Numbered from the stretch's first letter, positions 27,028 to 38,062 are shown. The stretch is DNA of 64,000 nt from Thermodesulfobacteriota bacterium (GCA_040755455.1 JBFMAY010000001.1:32001-96000), one strand, 5' to 3'. Numbers and translations are program-made. Notes: generated by a model from the sequence alone, not told the origin.

Positions 27028-28536
27028 TTACCTGTTGCAGAAAAAAGGCGCGTGATTGGAGGTGAACAGGCGCGGGTCGCGGCGAATAATGGCGGCAATG
27101 GCCGGATGGCGTTTGAATTCCCGGTCCAGGAAGCGCCGGACCTTGGCACGGTGCCAGCCCAGCGGGTGGGCGAAGTCTGTATAGAGCGAGAGGTCGCCTT
27201 CATAAAAATCGTTGGTCGGCAGGGTGTGGGCATCCGAGCCGCAGACCGGCATATTGAACACGGCCAGATTGACAAAGGTGATGGCCTGGTGATGGGCCAC
27301 GACAAAGTCCAGGGTGCGCCGCGCCGCCGGCATCGTCTCGGGCGGGGTGCCGAAGAGCAGGTAGACATAGGTGGCGATGCCAGCCTGCTGCAGGGCTGCC
27401 AGCGCCTCGGACACCATGGCAAGCCCGATGCCTTTGTCCATGGCGTCCAGCACGCCCTGATCGCCGGATTCAAGCCCCAGCTTGAGCATCAGGCAGCCGG
27501 AGCGGCGCAGTGCCCGGCAGAAATCCGCATCTGCCAGCAGCGGACTCACCCGGGCAAAGCCGTACCAGTCAATCCCCGGCGGCCGGGCGGCCAGGGCTCG
27601 CAGCAGGGCGGGGCTGATGGCGTTGTCCAGCAGATGGAGCAGCACTGGTTTGCTGCGGGCGGTCAGCTGCCCTATGTCATCCAGCACCTGCTCGACGGGC
27701 AGAGCTCTGTAAGGGTTGCCCTCGGCCTTTTCCGGGCAGAAGGAGCATCTGTTCCAGTAACAGCCGGACGAGGCGGCATAGGGCAGGATGAGGCCCGGCG
27801 AGAGATAATCGGCCAGGGGCAGGCCGGTGTAATCCGGGCCATGATGCTGCGCTTGCCGGCTGCCGCCCAGAAGAGTAACGAGGGGCTCCTCCCCCGGCCC
27901 GGCCACCAGATGATCAACCAGCCCGGCAAAGGGGTTGCGCCAGCCGGGATTGCTGAGCCAGGAAGTGATGAGCCCGCCGCCCAGCACCACCGGCAGCCGG
28001 GGAAAGCGCTGTTTGACAAAGCCGATCATGGCAAAGGTGCACAGGGCCTGGCTGAGATAATTAAGCGAGAAACCGGCCATGGCCGGTTGGGTTTCTTCGA
28101 TCAGCGCGGGCAATCGCTCGGCGAAGTAGGGATGAAAGATGTTGCCGGCTGGCTGGGCCGCGGCCTTGAGCAGGTCGGCACTGTTGATGGGGGACAAACC
28201 CTCATCCTGGTAATTGGCAAGACCGAGTTGCAGGGGCGGTCTGCCAGCCAGTTCCAACACCCGGTTGATATCGGCCACGGCCCGTTGGTAACGGTCGGCA
28301 TTGCGGTAAAGCTCCGGGGTGCGGAGAGCGGCAAGATTGGCGGCAGCGGTTCGCACGGCGCGGCGGCTCCAGTTGTCCACGGCCGGATGCGGTGCGGCGA
28401 GCAGAAAGAGCAGACCTTCCAGGCTGGCGTCCAGCAGGGTACAGGGCAGGCCGTGCCCGCGCAGGGCCCCGGCCAGACGGGCGATGCCGGCCGGCGGCTC
28501 GCACGGCTTGGCTATGGGGGGATGGATAAGCAGCAT
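27028..28536 (-). CDS. B12-binding domain radical SAM protein
   Basis: LLIHPP, VVLGGG, GCYWNRCSFC, GLESG. Confidence 0.85.
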   Translation of the reverse strand: MLLIHPPIAKPCEPPAGIARLAGALRGHGLPCTLLDASLEGLLFLLAAPHPAVDNWSRRAVRTAAANLAALRTPELYRNADRYQRAVADINRVLELAGRPPLQLGLANYQDEGLSPINSADLLKAAAQPAGNIFHPYFAERLPALIEETQPAMAGFSLNYLSQALCTFAMIGFVKQRFPRLPVVLGGGLITSWLSNPGWRNPFAGLVDHLVAGPGEEPLVTLLGGSRQAQHHGPDYTGLPLADYLSPGLILPYAASSGCYWNRCSFCPEKAEGNPYRALPVEQVLDDIGQLTARSKPVLLHLLDNAISPALLRALAARPPGIDWYGFARVSPLLADADFCRALRRSGCLMLKLGLESGDQGVLDAMDKGIGLAMVSEALAALQQAGIATYVYLLFGTPPETMPAARRTLDFVVAHHQAITFVNLAVFNMPVCGSDAHTLPTNDFYEGDLSLYTDFAHPLGWHRAKVRRFLDREFKRHPAIAAIIRRDPRLFTSNHAPFFCNR

Positions 28537-28917
28537 GCTGCGTACTTTCCTCGTTCGGGCTCGGCTGAAAAAATGGTGGGAATCAGGTCTTACAAAGCGT
28601 CATAACAGATTTGCCCGGCAACCGCCATTTTGTTCCAGCCGGACGTGCTGATTTCCCAGGGCGTTTCCCGGGGGGTGATCGACGCAAATGGTTGAAGTGT
28701 CGCAATTTGCCGTCATTTTCTCGTCTCTTGAGCTGGAAGTAAACGGTAAATAAGCGGGCAACAGAAAAAAAATAAAACCGCGCTAGCCGCGTACCACAGG
28801 GGATAGAGACCATGCATGGCAACAGCGGGTCATTTTGCTGTTGAAGTTGTTCGGGGAAAATGCGATATTCTTGGCCTCGTGATTAAAGATCAACCCTGCA
28901 GTTGAAAAGTGTAAACA

Positions 28918-31278
28918 TTGTTCAAAAAGAAAAAATCCGCTCCTGGAAAGGGGCAGAAGAAGAAAATCAAGTCGCTGCGTTCGGCCATCACCACGGTTGC
29001 CATCTTTGTTCTGGTTCTTTCCTCCGTTGCCATCATTTTCTATGCGAATTACCTGGACAAGGTGATCCGGGCCAAGTTTGACGGTAAGCGTTGGTCGATC
29101 CCTGCCGTGGTCTATGCCCGGCCGCTGGAACTCTATCCTGATCTGGCCTTTACTCCGGATATGCTGGAGGAGGAGCTGCAGCTCGGCGGCTACCGCAAGG
29201 ATCAGAAGGCATCAGCCCCCGGCGGTTACGACCGCAAGGGCAATGTCATGCACCTGGTCACCAGGGATTTTCATTTTTCCGACGGCCTGGAAAAATCCGC
29301 CGGCGTGACCGTTGAGTTTATCGGCCAGCGGGTCGCGGCCATCACCCGGACCGATACCGGCGAGAGGCTGTCGCTGGCGCGTATTGATCCGGCCCGCATC
29401 GGCAGCTTCCACCCCCGCGAACATGAGGACCGGGTCGTTCTCACCAGGACGGATCTGCCCGATCTGCTGGTCAAATCCCTCATTGCCGTTGAGGATCAGC
29501 ATTACTACATCCATTTCGGGGTTGATCCCCTGGCCATAATCCGGGCCATGTTTGTCAATCTCCGGGCCGGAGAAACCGTGCAGGGCGGCAGCACCCTCAC
29601 CCAGCAGCTGGTCAAGAATTTCTTCCTCAACAACCAGCGCACCCTGTGGCGCAAGATCAACGAAGCCATCATGGCGGTGCTGCTCGAGATGCATTACACC
29701 AAGGACGAGATCCTCACCGCCTATGCCAATGAAATTTTTCTCGGCCAGGATGGGGGCAGGGCGGTGCATGGTTTCGGTCTGGCCAGCCAGTTCTATTTCC
29801 GCCGGGATGTCAAGGACCTTTCCCCGGCCCAGGTCGCCATGCTGATCGGCATGATCAAGGGGCCGTCCTATTACGATCCGCGCCGCAACGAGGAGCGCTG
29901 TCTGCAGAGAAGGCAGGTGGTGCTGGACATGATGCGGGCCGATCAGGTCATCACCGAGGAGCAGTATCAGACGGCAAAGGCCGCCAGGCTTGAGAGTAGC
30001 GACACCATCATGAGCGGCTTCAACCGTTATCCGGCCTTTCTCGAACTGGTGCGCCGCCAGCTGGACCGGGACTACCGGGAGGAGGACCTCACCGGCGACG
30101 GCCTGAAGATCCTCACCACCCTCGATCCCCAGGTGCAGATGAAGGTGGAAAAGCATCTGTCGGCCACCATTTCCACCCTGGAGAAACGAACCGGCCGCAA
30201 GGGGCTTGAGGGTGCGGTCATTGTCAGCAGCAGGGACGGCGGCGAGATTCTGGCCCTGGCCGGCGGCCGCTACCCCTTGAAGCCCGGCTTCAACCGGGCA
30301 CTTGACGCCCAGCGCCCCATCGGCTCGCTGGTCAAGCCCGCCGTCTATCTGACCGCCCTGGCCAACGGCTATACCCTGGCCACCCCGGTGGATGACGTGG
30401 CCATTACCCTGGCCAGCGCCGGGGCCAAGAAATGGCATCCGGCCAATTTCGACAAAAAAGAACATGGCCGGGTGGCCCTGTACGAGGCCCTGGCCCACTC
30501 CTATAACCTGGCCACCATCCGGGTCGGCCTGGATGTGGGGGTGGCCAAGGTCGTCGACAGCGTCCGGCGCCTGGGGGTTGACCGGGACTTCGCGCCCTAT
30601 CCCTCTTTTCTGCTGGGCGCCGCCCCTATGTCGCCCCTGGAGGTTTCCCAGATGTTCCAGACCCTGGCCGCCGGCGGTTTTTATCTGCCGCAGCGGGTCA
30701 TCGGCAGCGTGCTGACGGCGGACAATAAGGTGGTCAAACGCTTCGGCCTGTCCGTGGAACAGCGCTTTCCGGCCAATATCGTTTTCCTGCTCAATAACGC
30801 CTTAAAGCGGGTGGTGAGCGAGGGGACGGCAGAGGCCCTGGCCAGCTATGTCCCCGATTATATACAGGTTGCCGGCAAAACCGGGACCTCGGATGATATG
30901 CGGGACAGCTGGTTTGTCGGCTTTACCGGCGACAAGCTTGCCGTGGTCTGGGTCGGCCGGGATGACAACACGCCGACCAGGCTGACCGGCGCGGGCGGGG
31001 CCATGGTGGTGTGGGGGAAGATCATGCAGTCTCTGCCGGTCCAGCCCCTGGAGCTGCCGGAACCGGAGGGAATCGAATGGGCCCGGGTGGACACTGGGCG
31101 CCCGTTTGATGATTACTTCAGCGCCAACACCATGCTGCCGTTTCTGGCCGGGACCACGCCGCGGCAGACCGTGATCGCCCGGCCGGCGGAGCAGCAGCCG
31201 GCTCCGCCTCCGGCAGCCGAGAAACTGCAGCAGGCCGGGACCGGTTTGTGGAAAACCATCCGCAGCTGGTTCCATTGA
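28918..31278 (+). CDS. mrcB: Penicillin-binding protein 1B
   Basis: UB2H-type N-region; GT motifs EDQHY and GGSTLTQQLVKN; TP motifs SLVK, SYN, KTG. Confidence 0.92.
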   Translation: MFKKKKSAPGKGQKKKIKSLRSAITTVAIFVLVLSSVAIIFYANYLDKVIRAKFDGKRWSIPAVVYARPLELYPDLAFTPDMLEEELQLGGYRKDQKASAPGGYDRKGNVMHLVTRDFHFSDGLEKSAGVTVEFIGQRVAAITRTDTGERLSLARIDPARIGSFHPREHEDRVVLTRTDLPDLLVKSLIAVEDQHYYIHFGVDPLAIIRAMFVNLRAGETVQGGSTLTQQLVKNFFLNNQRTLWRKINEAIMAVLLEMHYTKDEILTAYANEIFLGQDGGRAVHGFGLASQFYFRRDVKDLSPAQVAMLIGMIKGPSYYDPRRNEERCLQRRQVVLDMMRADQVITEEQYQTAKAARLESSDTIMSGFNRYPAFLELVRRQLDRDYREEDLTGDGLKILTTLDPQVQMKVEKHLSATISTLEKRTGRKGLEGAVIVSSRDGGEILALAGGRYPLKPGFNRALDAQRPIGSLVKPAVYLTALANGYTLATPVDDVAITLASAGAKKWHPANFDKKEHGRVALYEALAHSYNLATIRVGLDVGVAKVVDSVRRLGVDRDFAPYPSFLLGAAPMSPLEVSQMFQTLAAGGFYLPQRVIGSVLTADNKVVKRFGLSVEQRFPANIVFLLNNALKRVVSEGTAEALASYVPDYIQVAGKTGTSDDMRDSWFVGFTGDKLAVVWVGRDDNTPTRLTGAGGAMVVWGKIMQSLPVQPLELPEPEGIEWARVDTGRPFDDYFSANTMLPFLAGTTPRQTVIARPAEQQPAPPPAAEKLQQAGTGLWKTIRSWFH

Positions 31279-31298
31279 TGAACAGGAAAGAGGAAGAT

Positions 31299-31757
31299 AT
31301 GAAAACAGCAAGCCGTATCCTTGCATGGAATCCTTTATGGATTGTTGCGCTGCTCTGCAGCGTCAATCTGCTGCTGCACGGTTGCGCCGCCAAACCGCCG
31401 GTCAGGGAAACGGTGGCCAGACCACCGGCCCGGGAGGCCACGGCGGCCGGCTCCTTGCTGGCCAGCGCCCATCAGGATGTGCAGGCCGGCCAGTTCAACC
31501 GGGCCGAGGCGACCCTGGAGCGGGCCATCCGCGTTGAGCCCCGCAACGCCTGGCTCTGGCATGAGATGGCCCAGGTGAAGTTCGGGCAGGAGGATTACGG
31601 CCAGGCGGTGCAGTTCTGCCTGAAGGCCAACAGCCTGGCTGGCCGGGATAGCACCCTGATCAGACAGAACTGGCTGCTGATGTCCCGGGCCTACGCCAAA
31701 ATGGGGGACATGGACAAGGCGGAGCAGGCGAAAATGAAAGCCGGGGCGGCAAACTGA
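31299..31757 (+). CDS. TPR lipoprotein (LpoP-like PBP1B activator)
   Basis: Lipobox LHGC; AEATLERAIRVEPRN TPR; directly follows mrcB. Confidence 0.75.
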   Translation: MKTASRILAWNPLWIVALLCSVNLLLHGCAAKPPVRETVARPPAREATAAGSLLASAHQDVQAGQFNRAEATLERAIRVEPRNAWLWHEMAQVKFGQEDYGQAVQFCLKANSLAGRDSTLIRQNWLLMSRAYAKMGDMDKAEQAKMKAGAAN

Positions 31758-31758
31758 T

Positions 31759-33894
31759 ATGACCGAACAGCCTGACCCGCATCAGCAGATCATTGCCCGG
31801 CAGCTGCAGGTGCATGCCGGCCAGGTGGCGGCCACGGCCAGGCTGCTTGCCGAGGGGGCGACCGTCCCCTTTATCGCCCGCTACCGCAAAGAGGCGACCG
31901 GCATGCTGGATGAAATGCAGATTGCCGCGGTCCGCGACCAGCTTGCCGCACTGGCGGAGCTGGACAAGCGGCGGCAGGCCATCATCACCTCCCTGGCCGG
32001 GCGCGAGCTATTGAGCGACGAACTGCAGGCCGCACTAAAGGGCGCCGCAAGTCTGGCCGTGCTTGAGGATATTTATCTACCCTACCGACCCAAGCGCCGG
32101 ACCCGCAGCATGATCGCCAGGGAAAAAGGGCTGGAGCCCCTTGCCCAATCCATCTTCGCCGGTCAATGTACTCCCTCTCAGGCCCAGGGCTTTGTCAGCG
32201 AGGAAAAGGGGGTTGCCAGTGCTGATGAGGCACTGGCCGGGGCCCGGGACATCATCGCCGAGTGGATCAGCGAGGATGCGCCGCTGCGCGCCCGCCTGCG
32301 CGCCCTTTTTGCCGACAAAGCCTTCATCGCCTCGGCGGTGGTGAAAAAGAACCGGGAAAGCGGGGCCAAGTTCCGCGATTATTTCGACTGGCAGGCGCCG
32401 GCGGCCAAAACCCCGGGCCACCGGCTGCTGGCCATGTTCCGCGGCGAAAACGAAAAGGTGCTGACCCTTTCCTGCCGGCCGCCGGAAAAAGATGTCCTGC
32501 CCATGCTGCTGCGCCGTTTTGCCGGCAAAAACGATTTCTGCGGCCGGCAGCTCAGCCTGGCCGTGGAGGACAGCTACAAGAGACTGTTGGCCCCGTCCCT
32601 GGAAAACGAGCTGCGCGGCCTGCTGAAGGAACGGGCGGACAAGGAGGCGATAGGAGTCTTTGCCGACAACCTCAGGCAGCTCTTGCTGGCCCCTCCCATG
32701 GGACAGAAGCGGGTCATGGCCCTTGACCCGGGTTTTCGCACCGGCGCCAAACTGGTCTGCCTTGACGGTCAGGGAAAGCTGCTTGATTTTACCGCCATCT
32801 ATCCCACCCATGCCGGGGGAAAAAAAGAGGAGGCGGCCAGGGTGGTGGTTGAGCTGTGCCGCAAGTACGCCATCGAGGCCATTGCCATCGGCAACGGCAC
32901 GGCCGGCCGGGAAACCGAGACTTTTGTCCGGGCCCTTGGCCTGCCTGAGGAGATCATCATCACCATGGTGGATGAGAGCGGCGCTTCGGTCTATTCGGCC
33001 TCCGAGGCCGCCCGGCTGGAATTCCCCGACCATGACGTGACGGTGCGCGGCGCGGTCTCCATCGGCCGGCGGCTGCAGGACCCGCTGGCCGAGCTGGTGA
33101 AGATCGATGCCAAGGCCATCGGCGTTGGCCAGTACCAGCATGATGTCAGCCAGAGTGAACTCAAAAAAGGGCTGGAGGACGTGGTGGTCAGCTGCGTCAA
33201 CAGCGTCGGGGTGGAGGTCAACACGGCAAGCCAGGAGCTGCTGACCTTTGTTTCCGGCCTGGGCCCGGCCCTGGCCAAGAACATTGTCGCCTTCCGCAAC
33301 GAGCACGGCCCGTTTACCGGAAGACAGCAGCTGCTTCAGGTGCCTCGGCTCGGGGCCAAGGCCTTTGAACAGTGCGCCGGCTTTCTCCGCATCCATGGGG
33401 CGGCAAATCCCCTGGACGCAAGCGGCGTGCATCCGGAACGCTACGTCTTGGTTGAGCAGATGGCACGGGATGCCGGCTGCAGCGTGGCTGAGCTGATAAA
33501 ACAGGATGACAGGCGCAAGTGCATTGATATCGCCCGTTACGTGTCCGGCACTGTCGGTCTGCCCACCCTGACCGATATCATGGCGGAACTTGCCAAGCCC
33601 GGCCGGGATCCCCGCCGGAGCTTCGCCCTGTTTTCCTTTACAGAGGGCATCAGCACCATTGATGATCTAGAGCCCGGCATGAAACTTCCCGGCATTGTCA
33701 CCAATGTCACCAAGTTCGGGGCCTTTGTTGATCTCGGCGTGCATCAGGACGGTTTGATCCACATCAGCCAGCTGGCCGACCGCTTTGTCCGTGATCCGGC
33801 GGAGGTGGTCAAGGTGCGCCAGCAGGTGACGGTGCGGGTGATCGAGGTGGACCTGGAGAGAAAACGCATCGCCCTTTCCCTGCGGGATGTATAA
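31759..33894 (+). CDS. tex: Tex family RNA-binding transcription accessory protein
   Basis: TVPFIARYRKE, LDPGFRTG, GVGQYQHD, C-terminal S1 domain. Confidence 0.95.
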   Translation: MTEQPDPHQQIIARQLQVHAGQVAATARLLAEGATVPFIARYRKEATGMLDEMQIAAVRDQLAALAELDKRRQAIITSLAGRELLSDELQAALKGAASLAVLEDIYLPYRPKRRTRSMIAREKGLEPLAQSIFAGQCTPSQAQGFVSEEKGVASADEALAGARDIIAEWISEDAPLRARLRALFADKAFIASAVVKKNRESGAKFRDYFDWQAPAAKTPGHRLLAMFRGENEKVLTLSCRPPEKDVLPMLLRRFAGKNDFCGRQLSLAVEDSYKRLLAPSLENELRGLLKERADKEAIGVFADNLRQLLLAPPMGQKRVMALDPGFRTGAKLVCLDGQGKLLDFTAIYPTHAGGKKEEAARVVVELCRKYAIEAIAIGNGTAGRETETFVRALGLPEEIIITMVDESGASVYSASEAARLEFPDHDVTVRGAVSIGRRLQDPLAELVKIDAKAIGVGQYQHDVSQSELKKGLEDVVVSCVNSVGVEVNTASQELLTFVSGLGPALAKNIVAFRNEHGPFTGRQQLLQVPRLGAKAFEQCAGFLRIHGAANPLDASGVHPERYVLVEQMARDAGCSVAELIKQDDRRKCIDIARYVSGTVGLPTLTDIMAELAKPGRDPRRSFALFSFTEGISTIDDLEPGMKLPGIVTNVTKFGAFVDLGVHQDGLIHISQLADRFVRDPAEVVKVRQQVTVRVIEVDLERKRIALSLRDV

Positions 33895-34009
33895 GATGAG
33901 TTTCGCTTTACAGGTGTTGCTACAGTGTGATACCAAATAAGAAGAGGCTGCCTGCGGTTTCTCCTGCCGGGGCACATATCATCATAACTCGGGAAATATC
34001 TGCTCGCCT

Positions 34010-35185
34010 ATGGCCGGGAAAAAAGACTCCATACTGATCGCCTCCCCTCTCATCTCCTGCAATCCCTTCTGCGCTGAACTGAAAGAAAAGGGGCTGCCCT
34101 ATGATTCGGTGTGGATGCAGATCGGCCATGTCATCAGGCATCTCGATCATGTGACCTGTCTGTCCAATGAGCAGAGGCAGATGGTCAGGGAGGCCTTTGA
34201 CGACTATCTGAAGCTGCTGCCGGGGAAGGGCAAGGCCGATGTGGAGCGGCTCGGCCGGGATTTTCTGGGTGAGATCGACAAGCTGAAAAGGGCCGGGGTG
34301 GCCAAGGCCCTCAAGATGGAGCAGGACTTTAACGCCGAACTGCTCAATGCCGTCAGCAAGAACCTCCATCAGCTCTGTCTGATTATCGGCAAGGCCAACA
34401 CCTGCGGCATGATTGAAAGCCTCAAGGCCAAGACCCTGCAATCGATCAAATCGGCCAAGAGCAGGGACGAGATCCTTAAAATCGTCGAGGCCGGCTTCAC
34501 CGACCTCCACAAGCAGGTGAAAACCAATCAGGAGAAGATGGAAATCTCCCTGGAGAGCCTGCTGGTTCTTGAGTCCAACGCCATTATTGACAAGCTGACC
34601 GGCATTTTCAACCGGCGCTTCTTTGACCAGGAACTGCCCAAGATCGTTGAAACCTTTCTCGACAAGCAGGGCAAGGTGCCCTTCTCGCTGCTGCTGCTTG
34701 ATATCGACCGGTTCAAGGAAATAAACGACACCTACGGCCACTTCATCGGCGACAGGGCACTGCAGCGGGTGGCCGCCATCATCCAGAACAATTGCCGGGC
34801 CGGCATTGATTCCCCCATCAGACTCGGCGGCGACGAGTTCGCCCTGTTTCTCATCGGCACCAATGCAAAGAATGCCATCAAAAAGGCGGAGACCATCCGC
34901 CACGAAATCTCCAGGCGGACGATGAGCTTTACCCAGCGGGAAACCGATGCCGCGCCCCACGATGTTTCCTTCACCGTCCAGGTGAGCATCGGCGTGTGCG
35001 AACTTGATATGGCTTGGAAGAACATGGCTCCCGCTGAGCTCAACAAGAACCCCGTCTTCTGCGATGCCGCCACTGACAACCCCATCAGCAAGCTGACCTG
35101 CATGCTGGCGGAGTCCGCGGACCAGGCCCTCTATGAGGCCAAGGACATGGGCCGCAACCAGGTGCGGGGTTTTGGCCAGGGGTGA
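34010..35185 (+). CDS. Diguanylate cyclase (GGDEF)
   Basis: DKLTG, DIDRFKEINDTYGHFIGD, RLGGDEF, ADQALYEAK. Confidence 0.92.
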   Translation: MAGKKDSILIASPLISCNPFCAELKEKGLPYDSVWMQIGHVIRHLDHVTCLSNEQRQMVREAFDDYLKLLPGKGKADVERLGRDFLGEIDKLKRAGVAKALKMEQDFNAELLNAVSKNLHQLCLIIGKANTCGMIESLKAKTLQSIKSAKSRDEILKIVEAGFTDLHKQVKTNQEKMEISLESLLVLESNAIIDKLTGIFNRRFFDQELPKIVETFLDKQGKVPFSLLLLDIDRFKEINDTYGHFIGDRALQRVAAIIQNNCRAGIDSPIRLGGDEFALFLIGTNAKNAIKKAETIRHEISRRTMSFTQRETDAAPHDVSFTVQVSIGVCELDMAWKNMAPAELNKNPVFCDAATDNPISKLTCMLAESADQALYEAKDMGRNQVRGFGQG

Positions 35186-35231
35186 TCCGCTGTCCTTTGC
35201 CGGAGTCACATAAGCTGACCGGCATATGGAT

Positions 35232-35489
35232 CTACTTCAATAGTTCCTGGGATTTACGCAGCATCTGATCCTTTTGCTCCATCCCGGTGGTCGATGACTC
35301 TCCCAGCAGGGAAACAATATACAAAACTGCCCCAACGAACAGCGACAGAATCAGCAGCTTAAAAAATTGTTTTGGCTTCAGGTAGCCGAAAACACATAAA
35401 GCCGCAATAAGGGCAAGGGCTACCCATTTATTGTTCTGAAAATAAAGCTGGCATCTTTCGAGCAATGTATTGAAATCCATATGGTTCAA
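35232..35489 (-). CDS. Small two-TM hypothetical membrane protein
   Basis: Two hydrophobic helices; directly follows the MCP gene. Confidence 0.6.
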   Translation of the reverse strand: MNHMDFNTLLERCQLYFQNNKWVALALIAALCVFGYLKPKQFFKLLILSLFVGAVLYIVSLLGESSTTGMEQKDQMLRKSQELLK

Positions 35490-35495
35490 TGGGTT

Positions 35496-37370
35496 TTAAT
35501 TGCCGTTGGCCGGTAATAATAATTGACGCTGTTCCTGAACCGTCGCATGGGAGGCATTCCTGCCCCCTACAATTTCCATAAGTTGCGTTACCAAGGCATT
35601 GAGTTCTTGCGCTTGTGTATACAGCTCTTCCGACGCGCCCGCAGATTCCTTGGCGCTGGCAGCGTTCTGTTGAACCACTTTGTCCATTTCCGATACCGCG
35701 GCATTAACCTGTTCAATGCCCTGCGCCTGTTCTTTCGATGCCGCAGCAATCTCCGCCACGAGGGTTGCCACTTTTCCCGCGCTCTCCTGAATAGCCGATA
35801 AAGCTTTGGCAACTTCGGATGTCACGTTCACTCCTGCCTCGGCGTTCTGCGTGGCACCCTCTATCAAGTCCGCAGTGTTTTTAGCGGCCTCGGCGCTACG
35901 CAGCGCCAGGTTGCGGACTTCCTCGGCTACCACGGCAAAGCCTTTGCCCGCCTCTCCAGCCCTTGCCGCCTCAACCGCAGCATTAAGAGCCAGAAGATTG
36001 GTTTGAAAAGCAATTTCGTCTATAGTCTTGATGATTTTTGCCGTTTTGTCGGCTGATGTCTTGATTCTGGCAATGGCATCGGACATACGTTCCATGGCGG
36101 CAATACCGCCTTTGACAGTGGATTGCGATTCCCGCATCAGGTTGTCGGCCTTGCCGGCGTTGTCGGCACTCTGGCGCGTCATGGAGGCCATCTCTTCCAG
36201 TGATGTGGTACTTTCCTCCAGCCTGGCGGCCTGTTTGCTGGCACCCTGAGCCAATTGCCGACTGGCGCTCGACACCTGATTGGACGAAGAGTTGACCTGC
36301 TCCGCATTGAGATCTAAGGCATCGATAACCCGTTTGATGGGCTTGGTGATACTTCTCACTATGACAACGGCGATTGCCATGGAAAATAACAATCCAAAGA
36401 TGATTCCCGCGCTGATGAATTGAGATGAAACGGAAATCGTACTGGTTGTGGTTTCGGCTGCCCGGGTCATATCCCCCAAGCCCATGACGGCAATGTTTTT
36501 TGCCTGCTCGATGATGCTTTTGGCCAAAACGGTGCGTTTCGTGGCAGCCTCTTCACGCGCCAGCCATTTTTCCGCCAGTTTGGTATTGGCTGCTTTAAAA
36601 GTGAGCATGGCGGAGCGGGTTTCCTCAATCTTTTTTAAATCACCTTCAAAGTCGCATATCTTCTTTAAAGCATTCAATTTATCATCAGCTTTATCAAATA
36701 TTGCCAAAGTCTCGATAAGGGTCTTTGGATCGCGGTTGAATTGCGCTTTCCAGGTGCCTGTAACAACTTGGTTGCCCAGGTCAATAATGTCCGTAACCAG
36801 GGCTATTCGATTGAGTCGTTGTTCGAGTTGATCGCCTTCAAGGCCCGCAATAATTTCACCCTGCATGGCTTCTTTCTGGCTCTCCAGGAAGGTGTGACAA
36901 ACCCTCATATATTGGAGACTCGATTCATCGGCCACTTTGCGTTCCTTTTCGAGTTCCCCTATTAATACGACGGTTTCCCCGGTAAGTCTTTCGTATTCCA
37001 GCACGCCCTGCTCTGCTTTTTCGGCACCCTCTTTTAATTGGGGCAGGCCATGATTGACGGCGTCTTTAATGTCTTGTTTGAGGTTATCGAGGTATTTTCT
37101 GGCCTCATCGAGAAACAGGGCGTTATCCGTATATTCGTAACCACGCATCGCCAGCAGCATGGAAAACGTATTGCGTTCCATGTTGTTGGCTATGGTTACT
37201 TCCGGCACATAGTCTTGTGAAAGAGTTGCGGCGCATGTGCCGAAACGGTTCATGCTCGTGACAGCAATGATACCTGTCGCGATTGAAACAAGGATTACGA
37301 AACCAAAGCCAAAACCTAATTTAGCGACAAGACTTATTCGCTTGTTGAACATGCAACGCCTCATTATCAT
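35496..37370 (-). CDS. Methyl-accepting chemotaxis protein
   Basis: Two TM segments, helical periplasmic domain, [30 protein letters not shown]. Confidence 0.95.
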   Translation of the reverse strand: MIMRRCMFNKRISLVAKLGFGFGFVILVSIATGIIAVTSMNRFGTCAATLSQDYVPEVTIANNMERNTFSMLLAMRGYEYTDNALFLDEARKYLDNLKQDIKDAVNHGLPQLKEGAEKAEQGVLEYERLTGETVVLIGELEKERKVADESSLQYMRVCHTFLESQKEAMQGEIIAGLEGDQLEQRLNRIALVTDIIDLGNQVVTGTWKAQFNRDPKTLIETLAIFDKADDKLNALKKICDFEGDLKKIEETRSAMLTFKAANTKLAEKWLAREEAATKRTVLAKSIIEQAKNIAVMGLGDMTRAAETTTSTISVSSQFISAGIIFGLLFSMAIAVVIVRSITKPIKRVIDALDLNAEQVNSSSNQVSSASRQLAQGASKQAARLEESTTSLEEMASMTRQSADNAGKADNLMRESQSTVKGGIAAMERMSDAIARIKTSADKTAKIIKTIDEIAFQTNLLALNAAVEAARAGEAGKGFAVVAEEVRNLALRSAEAAKNTADLIEGATQNAEAGVNVTSEVAKALSAIQESAGKVATLVAEIAAASKEQAQGIEQVNAAVSEMDKVVQQNAASAKESAGASEELYTQAQELNALVTQLMEIVGGRNASHATVQEQRQLLLPANGN

Positions 37371-37438
37371 TTATTGTATGGCGCCCCGAGGTGGATTGGG
37401 GCGCCATGTTTTATTAAATTTTTTTTAGTTCTGGCTTG

Positions 37439-37951
37439 CTATTTGGCCAACGGGTAACCGATGTAATAAACGCCCTGGATTTCGCCGGCCGCGTTATTGA
37501 TGGGCTCATAACCGGTGTCATACTGACTGCCGAGAATGTCAACAACCCCATAAAACACTTCGCCTTTTCGTATGGCTGCAATCGCGGGTCCATTGGGGTC
37601 CAGCGGGGTCCCGACAGCGCGGTTGCCGTCTTTCAGCACATTGGTGCTGATGCGGATAAATCCATCCCCCTTTTTTACAAAGAACGTGGCCGTGCAGCCG
37701 AACTGGGCCTTCAAGGAGTCAACGAGCTCATAGTTGCCGTTCATCTTGGTCGTGCCGAAGAACAGTGCGGTCCCCTCCGCCTTGGGCTCGCCAAGCTTTG
37801 CGGCTTTGTCTTTCATGACGGTCATGGCTTCTTTGATTTTTGCGGAATGTTCAGTCTCCGCCTTGGCGGTGAACACCCCTCCCATTATCAGTACGAGAAC
37901 AAACAGCATCACCATCGGTCTGACACAGTGTTTTAACGAGTCTTTGATCAT
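37439..37951 (-). CDS. Stand-alone secreted Cache-domain protein
   Basis: Signal peptide; TATFF, FIRISTNV, RAVGTPLD, YDTGYEPI. Confidence 0.85.
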   Translation of the reverse strand: MIKDSLKHCVRPMVMLFVLVLIMGGVFTAKAETEHSAKIKEAMTVMKDKAAKLGEPKAEGTALFFGTTKMNGNYELVDSLKAQFGCTATFFVKKGDGFIRISTNVLKDGNRAVGTPLDPNGPAIAAIRKGEVFYGVVDILGSQYDTGYEPINNAAGEIQGVYYIGYPLAK

Positions 37952-38062
37952 TGGTCTATCTCCTGTTGTTTATTTTTTTTCTTCAGCCTTTGTTGAAATT
38001 TTCGTGTGTTTTTTCAGGTGGTGTCATTGTTTTTATGGTAATTCCACCTTATCAGTCTGCAT

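Noticed and set aside
26965..28605. 546-aa plus-strand ORF
   Set aside because: Antisense shadow of the B12 radical SAM gene, with no motifs of its own.
28698..28715. Second copy of the CAATTTGCCG operator-like motif seen at 17456
   Set aside because: Only a 10-nt match with a broken palindrome; could be chance.
34010..35185. Hypr-type GGDEF making 3',3'-cGAMP
   Set aside because: The specificity position is Asp (GHFIGD), not Ser/Thr, consistent with an ordinary diguanylate cyclase.
33920..35209. 429-aa minus-strand ORF, and similar long antisense ORFs over tex, mrcB, the NSS gene and pheT
   Set aside because: Shadows of GC-biased real genes on the opposite strand.
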